Under the pieces are notes generated by a model. It worked only from the letters and a program-made list of their open reading frames with translations. It was not told the DNA's origin and made no database searches. Source: an uncultured virus (IMG/VR IMGVR_UViG_3300042447_000416) (taxonomy: Duplodnaviria; Heunggongvirae; Uroviricota; Caudoviricetes). From it: 64,000 nucleotides of DNA. The translations under genes and the position numbers were made by a program. Shown here piece after piece: positions 26,665-37,200 of this stretch. Position 1 is the first letter of the stretch; every line of letters starts with the position of its first letter. The stretch lies in IMG/VR virus record IMGVR_UViG_3300042447_000416, one strand, 5' to 3'.

Positions 26665-29192
26665 TATATACCCTTCAGTGTATTTACTTCTTGTTGTAAT
26701 GATTCTACCATATTTGACAATTCTTGTATAGCTTTGGTTAGCGGTGAAATAAATTCTTCATAAACCAAAGCCTGGCTAGACTCTGGATCATCCTTGTCGG
26801 CTAGCGTCCAAAAAGCTGCTGAGTCATATATACCTGATTGGTCTAAAGCTTCTTTTACTTCTTGAGCTACAAACCCGTAATGATTTCTTAATCCTGGGTC
26901 ATTCAAATTTGGCTCAGTTATTGGCTTATCAGAATTTTCATGTAATATTTGGTTACCGTCTTCATCTATAACTGGCTTAACGGATCTTGAATTCAGTTTG
27001 TATTTTCTTGGATTCAATTTTTTAATAAAATCTAGGCCTAGATCTGAAACCTGTATGTTATTTTTATTTCTATTATCTGAGCTTACGTTTGGACTATTTA
27101 TTAAAAATACGTTTCTCCATCTAAGGTTAAAAGGGGAGCTTACAAATCCGAGTGAAGCGTCGTCAGTATAATACGGATACCAATTTGAAAGAGTTCCAGC
27201 TGATCCCGCAGACATCATGTTTATAGCATTTACTGCTAAAGCCTCAATCGAGGTACCAGTTCGTATAGACTTTGTTTTAAAATAATAAGAATTAGTCAAT
27301 GATCCAACTGTAATGGTTGGGGTTGTAATAGCTACACTTGCACCAATTGTTCCAGCAGTAATTTTATCTGCGTTGATATTAAATGCTGAAATAAAAGTTG
27401 AAACAACTGCATCTGAAGATATTGTTCCAGCTGTTATTTTACCTCCGCTAATTGTAGTTGTTGTAGTAGAACTGTTAATGCTATTAACAATTGCATCCCT
27501 GTTAAAACTACTAGATGGTAAAGCGGCATCTGCCGTTGCTTTTGCAGCCTGAGCAGCAATTTTTGCGGTATTGGCATCTGATGCAGCAGTTGTTGCGGTG
27601 GTAGAAACAGTAGTTAACTGTGTAGATGTTGCGTACCCAGAAATACTTGAGCCCGCTCCAAAAACTGCACCTGTCGCATAAAGAGTTCCATCAGATTTAA
27701 TTTTAAACTTTGCGTTTGCATCTGGTGTATTGTTGCCAGCCCACATAAGAAATGTGTCGCTACCAGAAACTTCTGTTCCTAAATAAATACTATTTTGTGC
27801 ACTTGCCCCAACTTGTATTTTGCCATTACCAGTGCTATCTAATATAATATTGTTTTTAGAAAAAGTATTATCTCCCAATGCCCAACCAGCAATACTTCCA
27901 CCATTTGCGGTTATAGTTCCTGTTGCAGCAGATATAGTTACAGACTTTGTGCCATTAGCAACTTTAAGTCCTGTTGAGTTTAATGCAAATCCATTGCCTG
28001 TTAAGTTTCCAGTTGTAGCATCAATTGTTCCGCTATATATAGATGCTCCAGTTGTAGACATAAATATATTACCGCTAAACTGCCCACCTCTAGCTGTTAT
28101 GTTACCATCTACAGCAAATGTAGAGCCGTCCCACAAAAGGTAGTTTGAGGTTGACCCTCCAACTTTAAGTCTGGCACTGTTTGCTGCATTAATATACCAA
28201 TAGTTGCTGGCATCAAAATATAAACCTTTATTTGTTGCAACTGATCCCACCCCTACTCCAAATTCAAAATCTCCGCCCTTAATAAAATTTGTTACTGATG
28301 GAGTTCCAGTAACCGTAACATCTGGTCCAGATGTATACAAAGAAGATGTATTATTATATTCATCATATGTAGCAACTGCTATTTTATAGGTTGAGCCAAT
28401 TACTAATCCAGCAAGTTTATATGTTGTTCCAGTTCCTGGAGAATCGACATAAGAATAAGTGGCTCCGCTATCATTACTAAATCTAATTCTATATCCTCTT
28501 ATGCCACCTCCCGTTACTGCTGGCCAAGATATGTTTGCGTAAGCATTGAATCCCAAGTATCCAGATGTATCAATTCCACTTTCAGTAGTCACGGAAGTTA
28601 CGTTTGCTGGTCCAGTTGTATCTACAACAATTGGGTCTATTGCTTTGAATGGGCCAAAAGAAACACTTTTCTTTCTATAATCTTGATCTCGTGTGTCAAC
28701 TCTTATCCACCTGTTTGCCGTATTTGAAACAAGTATGGTTGCAGAATTTCCGTTCCCATTCCAAACTAAATATTCTTCTCCTGCAAATGCTCCAGTTAAA
28801 CTTTCGTATATTTGTATATCAATAAGCCATTTGTTTGCAACCAAAGCTTTATCTATTAAAGTCCAGTTTACTCCATAAGAAAGAAGTGAAGGTGTTACAA
28901 CAAGGTTGGTAACTGGCTGAGTTAAATCAGGAGTTTGTAGCGTAAATACAAAGTTTGGGGACCTAGTTCCAGGAATAAGGTTTGAAGCATTATTTGGATC
29001 AGAGTATAAATACGAAAATGAGAATTGATATTTACCATTCATTACAACATTTAATCCTGATTTTTTAACAGTAAAGGAATCTGCGCTTTTTGTATTGGCC
29101 GCTGTAGCCGCTTCTGCATTTGTTTTGCTTAAGTCTGCTGGTATATATCTTCCACTTACTGGATCATATCTGCCTGGGGAATATTTATCCAT
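26664..29192 (-). CDS. Tail fibre/spike with FN3 domain and C-terminal S74 intramolecular chaperone
   Basis: FN3 (L..GSTYKIAV); SDNRNKNNI...HYGFVAQEV plus terminal coiled coil. Confidence 0.85.
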   Translation of the reverse strand: MDKYSPGRYDPVSGRYIPADLSKTNAEAATAANTKSADSFTVKKSGLNVVMNGKYQFSFSYLYSDPNNASNLIPGTRSPNFVFTLQTPDLTQPVTNLVVTPSLLSYGVNWTLIDKALVANKWLIDIQIYESLTGAFAGEEYLVWNGNGNSATILVSNTANRWIRVDTRDQDYRKKSVSFGPFKAIDPIVVDTTGPANVTSVTTESGIDTSGYLGFNAYANISWPAVTGGGIRGYRIRFSNDSGATYSYVDSPGTGTTYKLAGLVIGSTYKIAVATYDEYNNTSSLYTSGPDVTVTGTPSVTNFIKGGDFEFGVGVGSVATNKGLYFDASNYWYINAANSARLKVGGSTSNYLLWDGSTFAVDGNITARGGQFSGNIFMSTTGASIYSGTIDATTGNLTGNGFALNSTGLKVANGTKSVTISAATGTITANGGSIAGWALGDNTFSKNNIILDSTGNGKIQVGASAQNSIYLGTEVSGSDTFLMWAGNNTPDANAKFKIKSDGTLYATGAVFGAGSSISGYATSTQLTTVSTTATTAASDANTAKIAAQAAKATADAALPSSSFNRDAIVNSINSSTTTTTISGGKITAGTISSDAVVSTFISAFNINADKITAGTIGASVAITTPTITVGSLTNSYYFKTKSIRTGTSIEALAVNAINMMSAGSAGTLSNWYPYYTDDASLGFVSSPFNLRWRNVFLINSPNVSSDNRNKNNIQVSDLGLDFIKKLNPRKYKLNSRSVKPVIDEDGNQILHENSDKPITEPNLNDPGLRNHYGFVAQEVKEALDQSGIYDSAAFWTLADKDDPESSQALVYEEFISPLTKAIQELSNMVESLQQEVNTLKGI

Positions 29193-30079
29193 TATAAAAA
29201 TCCTAAGTCTATCTTATATTCAATGTCCATTTCTATTCCAAGTGTTTTAACTAATGGGGTAGACAAGACTGATCTACTAATTAAACCATATTGGCTATTA
29301 TATCTGTCTTCATCATTTAATCTTAGCCCGTCTAATAAAACATTTGTAGCCCCTGAAACCTTAGCCTTAGCCCCTATTTCTATTATAGTAATTTGAGAAA
29401 AGTCTGTTGCTCCAGCGGATGAAAATGTAGAGTTAAATAGGCTAGATAACTTAAGTGATAAAATTTTATGTCCTATAGACGTTGTTGCTGCAAATCTTAT
29501 TTCTTTATAATTGGTTGGTGAGCTATAAAATCTAACATAAATATAATCTAGGTTTAAATCTGTTTGATAAAAAGCAAGGGAAATTGAATCATCCACTCCG
29601 TATCCAGCAAGATCAAAAACGGTGTCTAGGCTGTATGATTTTGATTGATTGCTTGCTGCGGTAATAGAAAAATATGAAGAGCCTATTCTGGGAGTTGGAG
29701 TTGAAACTGATATTGGCTGTTCACCATTTGAATCTTTCCAGCTTGTTGTGTTTTCAAAAGAAGATATGTATTTAGATGAATAGTCTGTATTTTGCAAAAA
29801 CCCAGTAGGGAAAATTCCAATTTCTGATATTATTCCTTCAACATCTGTTGGTAGGGTGGTCTTATAAACTACGGAATATGTTGTTACTCCATTTGTTGTA
29901 TTTGTTTGTATGTCAGAACTTCCAAGGAAAACTCCTGATCGATAAAATTCAAATTGCATGTCTGAGTCATTTACAGTTGGGGCTTGAGACCCTATTCCTA
30001 CTGCAATGTCTTTTTGATTAAAATTAAGTCCGCTTGCCAAATAAGATGTTATAAACCTTTTACCAAATTTTGTTATCAT
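29192..30079 (-). CDS. Minor tail / baseplate protein
   Basis: MITKFGK...IAVGIG...ISEIG; tail context. Confidence 0.6.
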   Translation of the reverse strand: MITKFGKRFITSYLASGLNFNQKDIAVGIGSQAPTVNDSDMQFEFYRSGVFLGSSDIQTNTTNGVTTYSVVYKTTLPTDVEGIISEIGIFPTGFLQNTDYSSKYISSFENTTSWKDSNGEQPISVSTPTPRIGSSYFSITAASNQSKSYSLDTVFDLAGYGVDDSISLAFYQTDLNLDYIYVRFYSSPTNYKEIRFAATTSIGHKILSLKLSSLFNSTFSSAGATDFSQITIIEIGAKAKVSGATNVLLDGLRLNDEDRYNSQYGLISRSVLSTPLVKTLGIEMDIEYKIDLGFL

Positions 30080-30486
30080 ATTATCATTACTCCCTTTACA
30101 ATCTCTCCAACACTATTTTTAACTTCAAAAGTAACTCTAAGCAGCCTATTATTATTCCCATCGTAATATATTTCTGGATCGGTTATTGTTTGGCCAGAAG
30201 AATATCTTTTTCCAGTTGTTCCAATTAAAACTATGTCCTCTAAATTTGGGGCATCCGAAGTATCTATTGGTTCATCTGGTGCGGTATCATCATCGTCATC
30301 TTCAACGTCTCCATTATCACCTGGAGATGAAGCAACATATGTTTTATCTACTTTATTAGTGTATATATTTACAATATCATATTGATCGCTTTTTAATACG
30401 TCAATTAGGGGTGAGTCTTGGGGTAGCTGGACTTTAACTCCACCAGCAATTTGCGACTTTCCTATTCTTGGTTTTTTTGTAGCCAT
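30076..30486 (-). CDS. Hypothetical tail-region protein, probably leaderless
   Basis: TGGTAGAAT-6 nt-ATG; acidic stretch. Confidence 0.6.
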   Translation of the reverse strand: MATKKPRIGKSQIAGGVKVQLPQDSPLIDVLKSDQYDIVNIYTNKVDKTYVASSPGDNGDVEDDDDDTAPDEPIDTSDAPNLEDIVLIGTTGKRYSSGQTITDPEIYYDGNNNRLLRVTFEVKNSVGEIVKGVMII

Positions 30487-30506
30487 ATTAAGATTCTACC
30501 ATTTCA

Positions 30507-33500
30507 TTAAACATAAATCGACCTACAAGTAAGTTTTGTAGACGGGGCTTGGCTATAACCCTGCTCAATATCCAAAACAATATATTTACCAGCCGTTTGC
30601 CCAGTATCTTCAGTTGAATAAATCATATTATTTGGATATGATATTTCAACTACATCTCCCGTTTCAATAATAGGGTTTGGGAAAACGTCTATTTGAATAA
30701 CTGTTTGTTGCTTAGACCATTGAGTTCTCATCCATTTAGAAAGCTCTTTAGCTTCAGATTCTTTTTGTATCCACATAGATTCAAATGCTACTTGCTCATC
30801 ATTTTTAGTTGCAGATAAATCTGGATCAAGATACTCGAACGGGTCTAGGGGAGCTACTGTTTCTCCTACTACGATAAAGCTTTTTTGACCACCGTCTGCT
30901 AAATCAACAAATGCTCCTGTGTTATTTAAAATATAAGCATCAATTCCAAATGAGTTTGCATCGTACCCAAGTAGAGTTACGTTGGGGTTTAATATTATTT
31001 GAGGGTATTTAACAAAACCTGGTCTTGTTGCATACCTGGTTGATATTTTTTTAATTTCTCTGGCTACTGGCCCAAATTCTTTTATCCATGGACTCGATAA
31101 AGTAGAGGCAGATCCAATAGCAATAAAGTCGCCAAACACATTTTTTAGTTCCGTGGCAGAACCAACGTATGAGCCGTAATTGTCATAAGAATAAGATCCA
31201 GTAAAATCTTCTTTCTTTAATGAAGCTATATATGCATAGTCAAATGCTGATTCACCTTGTATGCCAATTAATGCAATTTTGTTGCCCATTGTTGTGGCTG
31301 CAGAATCAGTTGCTGTTATTACGGCATTGTTAAATTTAATTTTAAATATTCTTTGACCTGTTGTTGCTTGAGAAACTCTTACGTCTACTCTATAAAATTC
31401 TCCTCCAGATACTCCAGTAATTGATGCCTCTTCTGTCTTTTGAGTATCAGAAACTGGTGTCTCTACTCCGTTAACTATTTTAAATAGTTGTACATCTCTA
31501 TAATTCAATCCTTTGTTTGCTACGTTTTGAGAAGTTCCAATTTTTAAAATATAGCCGTTTAAATTATTGGCGTCAAGACCAATGCCTAGTCCAGCAGAAA
31601 CAAACTGTTCCCCAGTAACTCTTCCATTGCTACCTTTAGCAAGCTTAAAGAATAAAGCTGTTCCAATTGAAAAATATTTTTGTGATGTAAAATTAACATC
31701 TGGATTAATTGAAGCGCAATAGTATTCTTTAGATGCCGTGGGTGCAACTATTGTAAGCAAGGATCTAGATATTAAAGAACCTGATCCATCTGTTTGTCTT
31801 AATGAAAATACTGATTGATCTTCAACATTTGTTTTTGCAGACAAGTTTAGTTTAGATCCTGTCCATTGATTTTTTAATTCGTCAATATTTACTGAGTGGC
31901 TATCGCCTACACCGATGCCTTTACCAGTTGCATTAAATGCATTTCTTTCTTTAATTCTATATCTTAGGGTAGGCTTAAAAGAATTTATCTTGCTTTCCCC
32001 AAGAAATTTAGCAATGTCTGAGTCTGACGTTATCCATTTCTTTATAACTGTATTTGGTGCAGATAGAGGTTCATATTGAAATTCAATTGCATCATATTCA
32101 ATTATTTCATTGTTTATTAAAAAATACCCAGCTTTATTATAAAAAGATGTATCTGCTAAGTCGCTGTAAATACTAATTGGAGACAAGGATACAACTCCTT
32201 TGTCGGCATTTGTTTCGGCTGGTGCCGTTGCCAATAAAGTAGTTTGTAACGCAGCTGCACCAATTGCGGCTGGCGGAGAAACATAAAGGTTGTCTGATGA
32301 GCCCTGATAGTTTGTGCTAATAATCGGAGTGTAAATTACTTTTACTGCCTTAACAGAAGGAACTGTTTCTTTGGTTAAAGATATTATGTTAGGAATATTA
32401 ACCCCCTTAGATTCACTTCTAAACTTAAATCCAGATGTCCTTGTTGGATCAAACAAATAATCTCTAGGATAAAACTGCAGAATATCATTATTATCAAATG
32501 TTGCTATCATCTGTGTGTCTCTACATAGATCTTGAATGTGTTGCCATACAGTTTTTGTGTCTTCTGTAAACCAGTACAAAGGGACTATGGTGGCGGAGTC
32601 AACTTTATTTGCATCCCCCTTGCCATAAGTATTAAAGTTGTACCCAGTAAATCCTACGCTATCTAAAAGCCTTCTTATGATTGCTTGTGATGGAGCATTT
32701 TGAATTACAATATCTGGAGCTAGTATTTCTTGTAGAAATTTTGCTCCGTCTAATCCCTGTATGTCGATGTCTCCAAATTCAGACAAAGTGAATGAGTCTA
32801 TGTAAAATACACCCTGTGGAATAACATCATCTCCTATTTTATTAAATGGAGAAACTTTTACATTCTTATATAGGTTAATGTTGTCTTTGTTAAATGGCAT
32901 TGTTTTATCATACTCAATACCCCTTTTATCGTAGCCCTCAAGCGACATAGATAAGGCATTTGAAGTTACAGATCCAACTGGAACAATACCAGATGAGTCA
33001 TCGGATGAGGTTTTTGAAACTTGAAAAGAAACTATTCTATTTGACACATCTTGTATATATCTGGCTCCGACCTCTATTATTCCAAGATACGAGTTGGCAA
33101 CACTGATTGTATTAACAGTGACAATAATCTTTTTAATATTTACTGGGGCCGACGGAGTTGTAAATTTTGTCGTTGACCATGAGGATCCATTCCAATATAA
33201 TTGAAACACTCCATTGTCTGGAACAACTCCATTTGTAGATATTGTTGTTTCTGTACCAGCGTGATCTTGTATTTTAATAGACCATGTAGATGGCTTAGAG
33301 TAAGAAGTTTCAAATTTAACAAGTATGGTATTAGTAACAGCAGTTTTTGATATTGGATAATCTACAGTAAAACTAAAATTACTTAATGTTGTGCCGCCAG
33401 ATTTAGGTGAAACCCAAAACTTGTATTGATTTTTAGGACTAGAAAAATAAGTTCTTACTGGAAGATCTGAAGAAACGTTATATTTTGGTATGCTATTTGT

Positions 33501-33770
33501 AACATTTGGGTTTAATATAAAATAATTAATTCCTGCTGCCGAAGGTCTTCTTGGGTCTATTATGCTGGTTAATGGAAATAATTTTTTAAATGGCTGATAT
33601 GTTTTACCAGTAATTGGGTCTGTTTGAGTTGCAGTTTCAGCTGGTGTAGCCGTAACAGATGCATTTAAAATTAAATCGTTCATATTATATTCTAGCCAGC
33701 ATCCGCCTGACATTGAATATGAAGCAGATGTATTTAGTTTATCTAGAGTTGTTTGGCTTACTGATTGCAT
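30507..33770 (-). CDS. Large minor tail / tail-tip protein
   Basis: Second gene after the tape measure; C-terminal NPIIETGDVV hub motif. Confidence 0.75.
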   Translation of the reverse strand: MQSVSQTTLDKLNTSASYSMSGGCWLEYNMNDLILNASVTATPAETATQTDPITGKTYQPFKKLFPLTSIIDPRRPSAAGINYFILNPNVTNSIPKYNVSSDLPVRTYFSSPKNQYKFWVSPKSGGTTLSNFSFTVDYPISKTAVTNTILVKFETSYSKPSTWSIKIQDHAGTETTISTNGVVPDNGVFQLYWNGSSWSTTKFTTPSAPVNIKKIIVTVNTISVANSYLGIIEVGARYIQDVSNRIVSFQVSKTSSDDSSGIVPVGSVTSNALSMSLEGYDKRGIEYDKTMPFNKDNINLYKNVKVSPFNKIGDDVIPQGVFYIDSFTLSEFGDIDIQGLDGAKFLQEILAPDIVIQNAPSQAIIRRLLDSVGFTGYNFNTYGKGDANKVDSATIVPLYWFTEDTKTVWQHIQDLCRDTQMIATFDNNDILQFYPRDYLFDPTRTSGFKFRSESKGVNIPNIISLTKETVPSVKAVKVIYTPIISTNYQGSSDNLYVSPPAAIGAAALQTTLLATAPAETNADKGVVSLSPISIYSDLADTSFYNKAGYFLINNEIIEYDAIEFQYEPLSAPNTVIKKWITSDSDIAKFLGESKINSFKPTLRYRIKERNAFNATGKGIGVGDSHSVNIDELKNQWTGSKLNLSAKTNVEDQSVFSLRQTDGSGSLISRSLLTIVAPTASKEYYCASINPDVNFTSQKYFSIGTALFFKLAKGSNGRVTGEQFVSAGLGIGLDANNLNGYILKIGTSQNVANKGLNYRDVQLFKIVNGVETPVSDTQKTEEASITGVSGGEFYRVDVRVSQATTGQRIFKIKFNNAVITATDSAATTMGNKIALIGIQGESAFDYAYIASLKKEDFTGSYSYDNYGSYVGSATELKNVFGDFIAIGSASTLSSPWIKEFGPVAREIKKISTRYATRPGFVKYPQIILNPNVTLLGYDANSFGIDAYILNNTGAFVDLADGGQKSFIVVGETVAPLDPFEYLDPDLSATKNDEQVAFESMWIQKESEAKELSKWMRTQWSKQQTVIQIDVFPNPIIETGDVVEISYPNNMIYSTEDTGQTAGKYIVLDIEQGYSQAPSTKLTCRSIYV

Positions 33771-34219
33771 TATACTTCTTCCAGCGAAATACTTACATCC
33801 CAAAATGCCTGTGCTGCATCCGCCGTTTTTTCCTTTACATTTCTTTTGATCATATTAAATGAGCATGAAGTAAAGCTTGCGGCAAAATCTTCGGTTCTGG
33901 CTGAGTTATAGGCTATTCTTACATTAAATGTTCCTTGGCCCTTAGCACTTAAATAAAATGCTTTTATATCTTCTGCTCCCCAGCCTGCATCTACGGTCAT
34001 GGTGGAATATGACGGAACCATGCTCCAGGAGGTGGATATGTTCTTCTTATCGGCTATAAACAGCTTTCTAAGGCTTCCATTGGCCATCCTAGAGGTCTGC
34101 TCAAAGCGTTGTACATCTACGGATATTGGGGACCTATTATGTTCAGTTAATTTTTGCCATACGCTATTAGCATCTTGTATAAACAATGCTGAGCCGACTG
34201 GTAATACTAAAGCTGCCAT
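33770..34219 (-). CDS. Distal-tail-like minor tail protein
   Basis: Follows the tape measure; RMANGSLR, VSISLEEV. Confidence 0.7.
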   Translation of the reverse strand: MAALVLPVGSALFIQDANSVWQKLTEHNRSPISVDVQRFEQTSRMANGSLRKLFIADKKNISTSWSMVPSYSTMTVDAGWGAEDIKAFYLSAKGQGTFNVRIAYNSARTEDFAASFTSCSFNMIKRNVKEKTADAAQAFWDVSISLEEV

Positions 34220-37200
34220 TATATATTCTTCCCTTGTCCAACCATTTTAACATTAACTTTAGCCTTTTGTCCAATAACAACTTCTGCTTTTTTAATAATC
34301 ATATTTGATAATGCCTCAACATCCATTCCATCAGATGCGTATATGTTTTGATTTACAACATATGATGCTCCAATTGCTCCATCGCCTTTTACATTATATG
34401 ACCTCTTGTCAAAGCTATATCTTGGAGATGCGGCAGCCAATGTATTCATAACATCGTTTGGCATAATATTGGCACGATTTTTTAAGTGAACAAACTCTGG
34501 TCCCTTTTCTCCAACAAGATACATTCCGCTAGCGCCACCCTGTACGCCAGCAGCAGCTTTACCCATGAAAACAATATTTCCATTTGTTTTGCTCTTGCCA
34601 TACCTTTGACCATTCCAAATAAAGGTCTCACCTATTTGTAGGTCTTGGTTATTTGCAATTGATCTTCTAGCCTGTGCATTTAAAACCTTTGTCTTAACTC
34701 CATTAAATTCTTTTTCTTCCATTGCATTTGAATAATTTCCTGAAACAGCAATATCTTTTCTTAATGCTGGCTTGCCATTTACACCCTTTACCGCATCTAC
34801 AACATCTTTAAGAGATGCTCCGCCTTTAATGCTATTTGCAAGTGCTTCATTTACAGCAGATCCCGCTCCCGATTTTGCCAATATGCTTAGTGCATTTGCT
34901 TGTGGAGAAACTGGAATTTTATTAGTTACTACTTTTCCACCTTCATAATTTGAATACTCGGTGTATCTTGGCATTTTTTCGCCAGTAGCAGCTTCTACTG
35001 CAGCTACTAATCCTGCTGCTGCTTCTTTATTTGTTTTAACATAATCTTCTACAGATTTACCAGCAGCTTGTGCATTACCATAAAGCGCAGTCATGGAGTT
35101 ATTAACTTTGTCTATTGCTGCAATTGCTTCAGCTTGTTTTTTGCGGTACGAATCTAGACTTTCTCCAGCAAGTGCTGCGCTATCTGCAAGGTCCTGTTGT
35201 TTATTTCCAAGAGCTTCGATGGCGGCCTTAAGAGGTGCATTTGCTGCTTCAGTTGCCTTATCAATAGCTTTTGATTGCGACTCTGTTTGTTGTTGACTTG
35301 TTAATGATTCTAAATCAAGTCTAAGCTCTTGAGACTTTTGAGTATCTCCAGTTGCTTCAGCATTTTGCATTGCAAGTCTAGTCTTTTCAATTTGTCTGCC
35401 AAGATCCGCATCTGCTTGTGCGGCAGATAATGCTTTCTTTCTAGCTTCTGCCAGTTTATTATTTGCTTCAATTTGCTTGTTAAGTGAAGACAACTTATCT
35501 CTATCAGATATTTGCTGTGAAACTGTTTGTCCCTTTAGTGCTTTTGTATAAGACTTAATCTTATCTTCTAGCTTAGCAAGTGCACTATATTGTTTCGATA
35601 GAAGCCCGTCTTTGCTTGAATTTGTTGCCACTACAGATGTATTTATAGCTGCAAATGAATCGGCAATTAATTTTGTTTGTGCAGCATTTAATTGAGAAAG
35701 ATCTCCAGTAAATCCTTGCGCCTGCAGCCTAATCTTTTCCCACACACTTACAACCGTATCAGATCCATTAATCATTTTCTTAACCTCTGGATTTGTTTTG
35801 GCCATTTCATCAACTGTTCCCTGAGTAATTACTGCCCCAGCTTCTTTTGATTTATTTATTTGATCAAGCATTATTTTTTCAGCTTCTGCATAACTGAGAG
35901 ACTTTGTTTTTCCAGTTAAATCTTTTGCTACTAGTCTTTCTCTCTTTGCGATTAAATCATTAATTCCAGTCTCGGTAGCCATAAGAGCTGTGTTTAATGA
36001 TGCTGCTTTTTCTTTATTTCCTTGGTCTTTTGTATCAGCCCCAAAACTTGTAACTGCAGAAACTGCAGCAGTTTGAGGATCTGTAATTGCTTTAAATGCT
36101 GCATTGCCAAGTGTTGCAGTAATTGATTGGTCTTTCTTATTTGAAAGCTGAAGCATTGTATATACTTTCTTGGTTGCTTCTTCTGCAGACATCCCAGCAG
36201 CAATTAACTGCTCTTTAATTCTTCGAACTGCATCTGGAACCTTATTAGATGGCTGTCTATCTAGTGCCTTAATCTGTTCACCAAATGTTTCTTTTACTTC
36301 AATCTTTAATTTTTTGTATTCTGCAATAGTCATTTGGAATGGAGTTCCGCCATCCTTCATGCTTTCGTAAATTAATTTATTTGCATCAGCTAAATCTTTT
36401 GCGTCTTGTATAGTATCTTTAATTTTTAAACCAAAGTCTGTGAATCTAAGTCCAGCTTTTTTAGCTGCTTCTGCGGTTAAACCAAATGTAGCTATATTAA
36501 GAGTTTGTCCTTCTTTATAATTTTTCCATGCTTTGTAACCAGCAATTACTGCTACTGTTACCGCTGCTAATGGTGCAACTAGTCCTGCTGCTGCTGCTGC
36601 AGTTGCGCCAAATCCTGCAGAAGCTAATCCTGCTGTTGCTGCGCTGGCCGCTGCACGTTTTGTGATCATTCCACCAATTTTTGGAAGAAGCATTTGGCCA
36701 CCCATCATTCCAGCCATGCTACCCATCATTGCGCCATTTTGACCACCAAGTTTTCCACCTATTGCTCCACCTGCTGCCATTCCGCCCATCATACCAACCA
36801 TGTTTGCGCCAGCACCTTGACCAAACTCTGGATTTAATCCTTTTGTCTTTAAGTATTGTATTGGGTGCATAATTGCTGCTGTTGAGTATGCGGCATTAGT
36901 TTTAAATGAACTAGCCATTCTTGCAGCACGATCTTCTTTTCCACCTGGGAATGCTCCTGGTACTCCAGCAACTAATATTTCAGAACCACCACGTTTGTAA
37001 GACGAACCAATGGATTTAGCTGCTGATGTTATAGAGTTTGCATATAATTTTGATCCGTCTACAAGTGATCTTATTGAATAAGATACCTGATCATTAATCA
37101 TTCTTGTGCTTGTTATTAATTTATTTGAGCCTGCTTTAAGAGAAGAAGCTATTGATGAGAAAGCAGAGTCTATAGATGAGCCTGCTCCTGATAAGGGAAG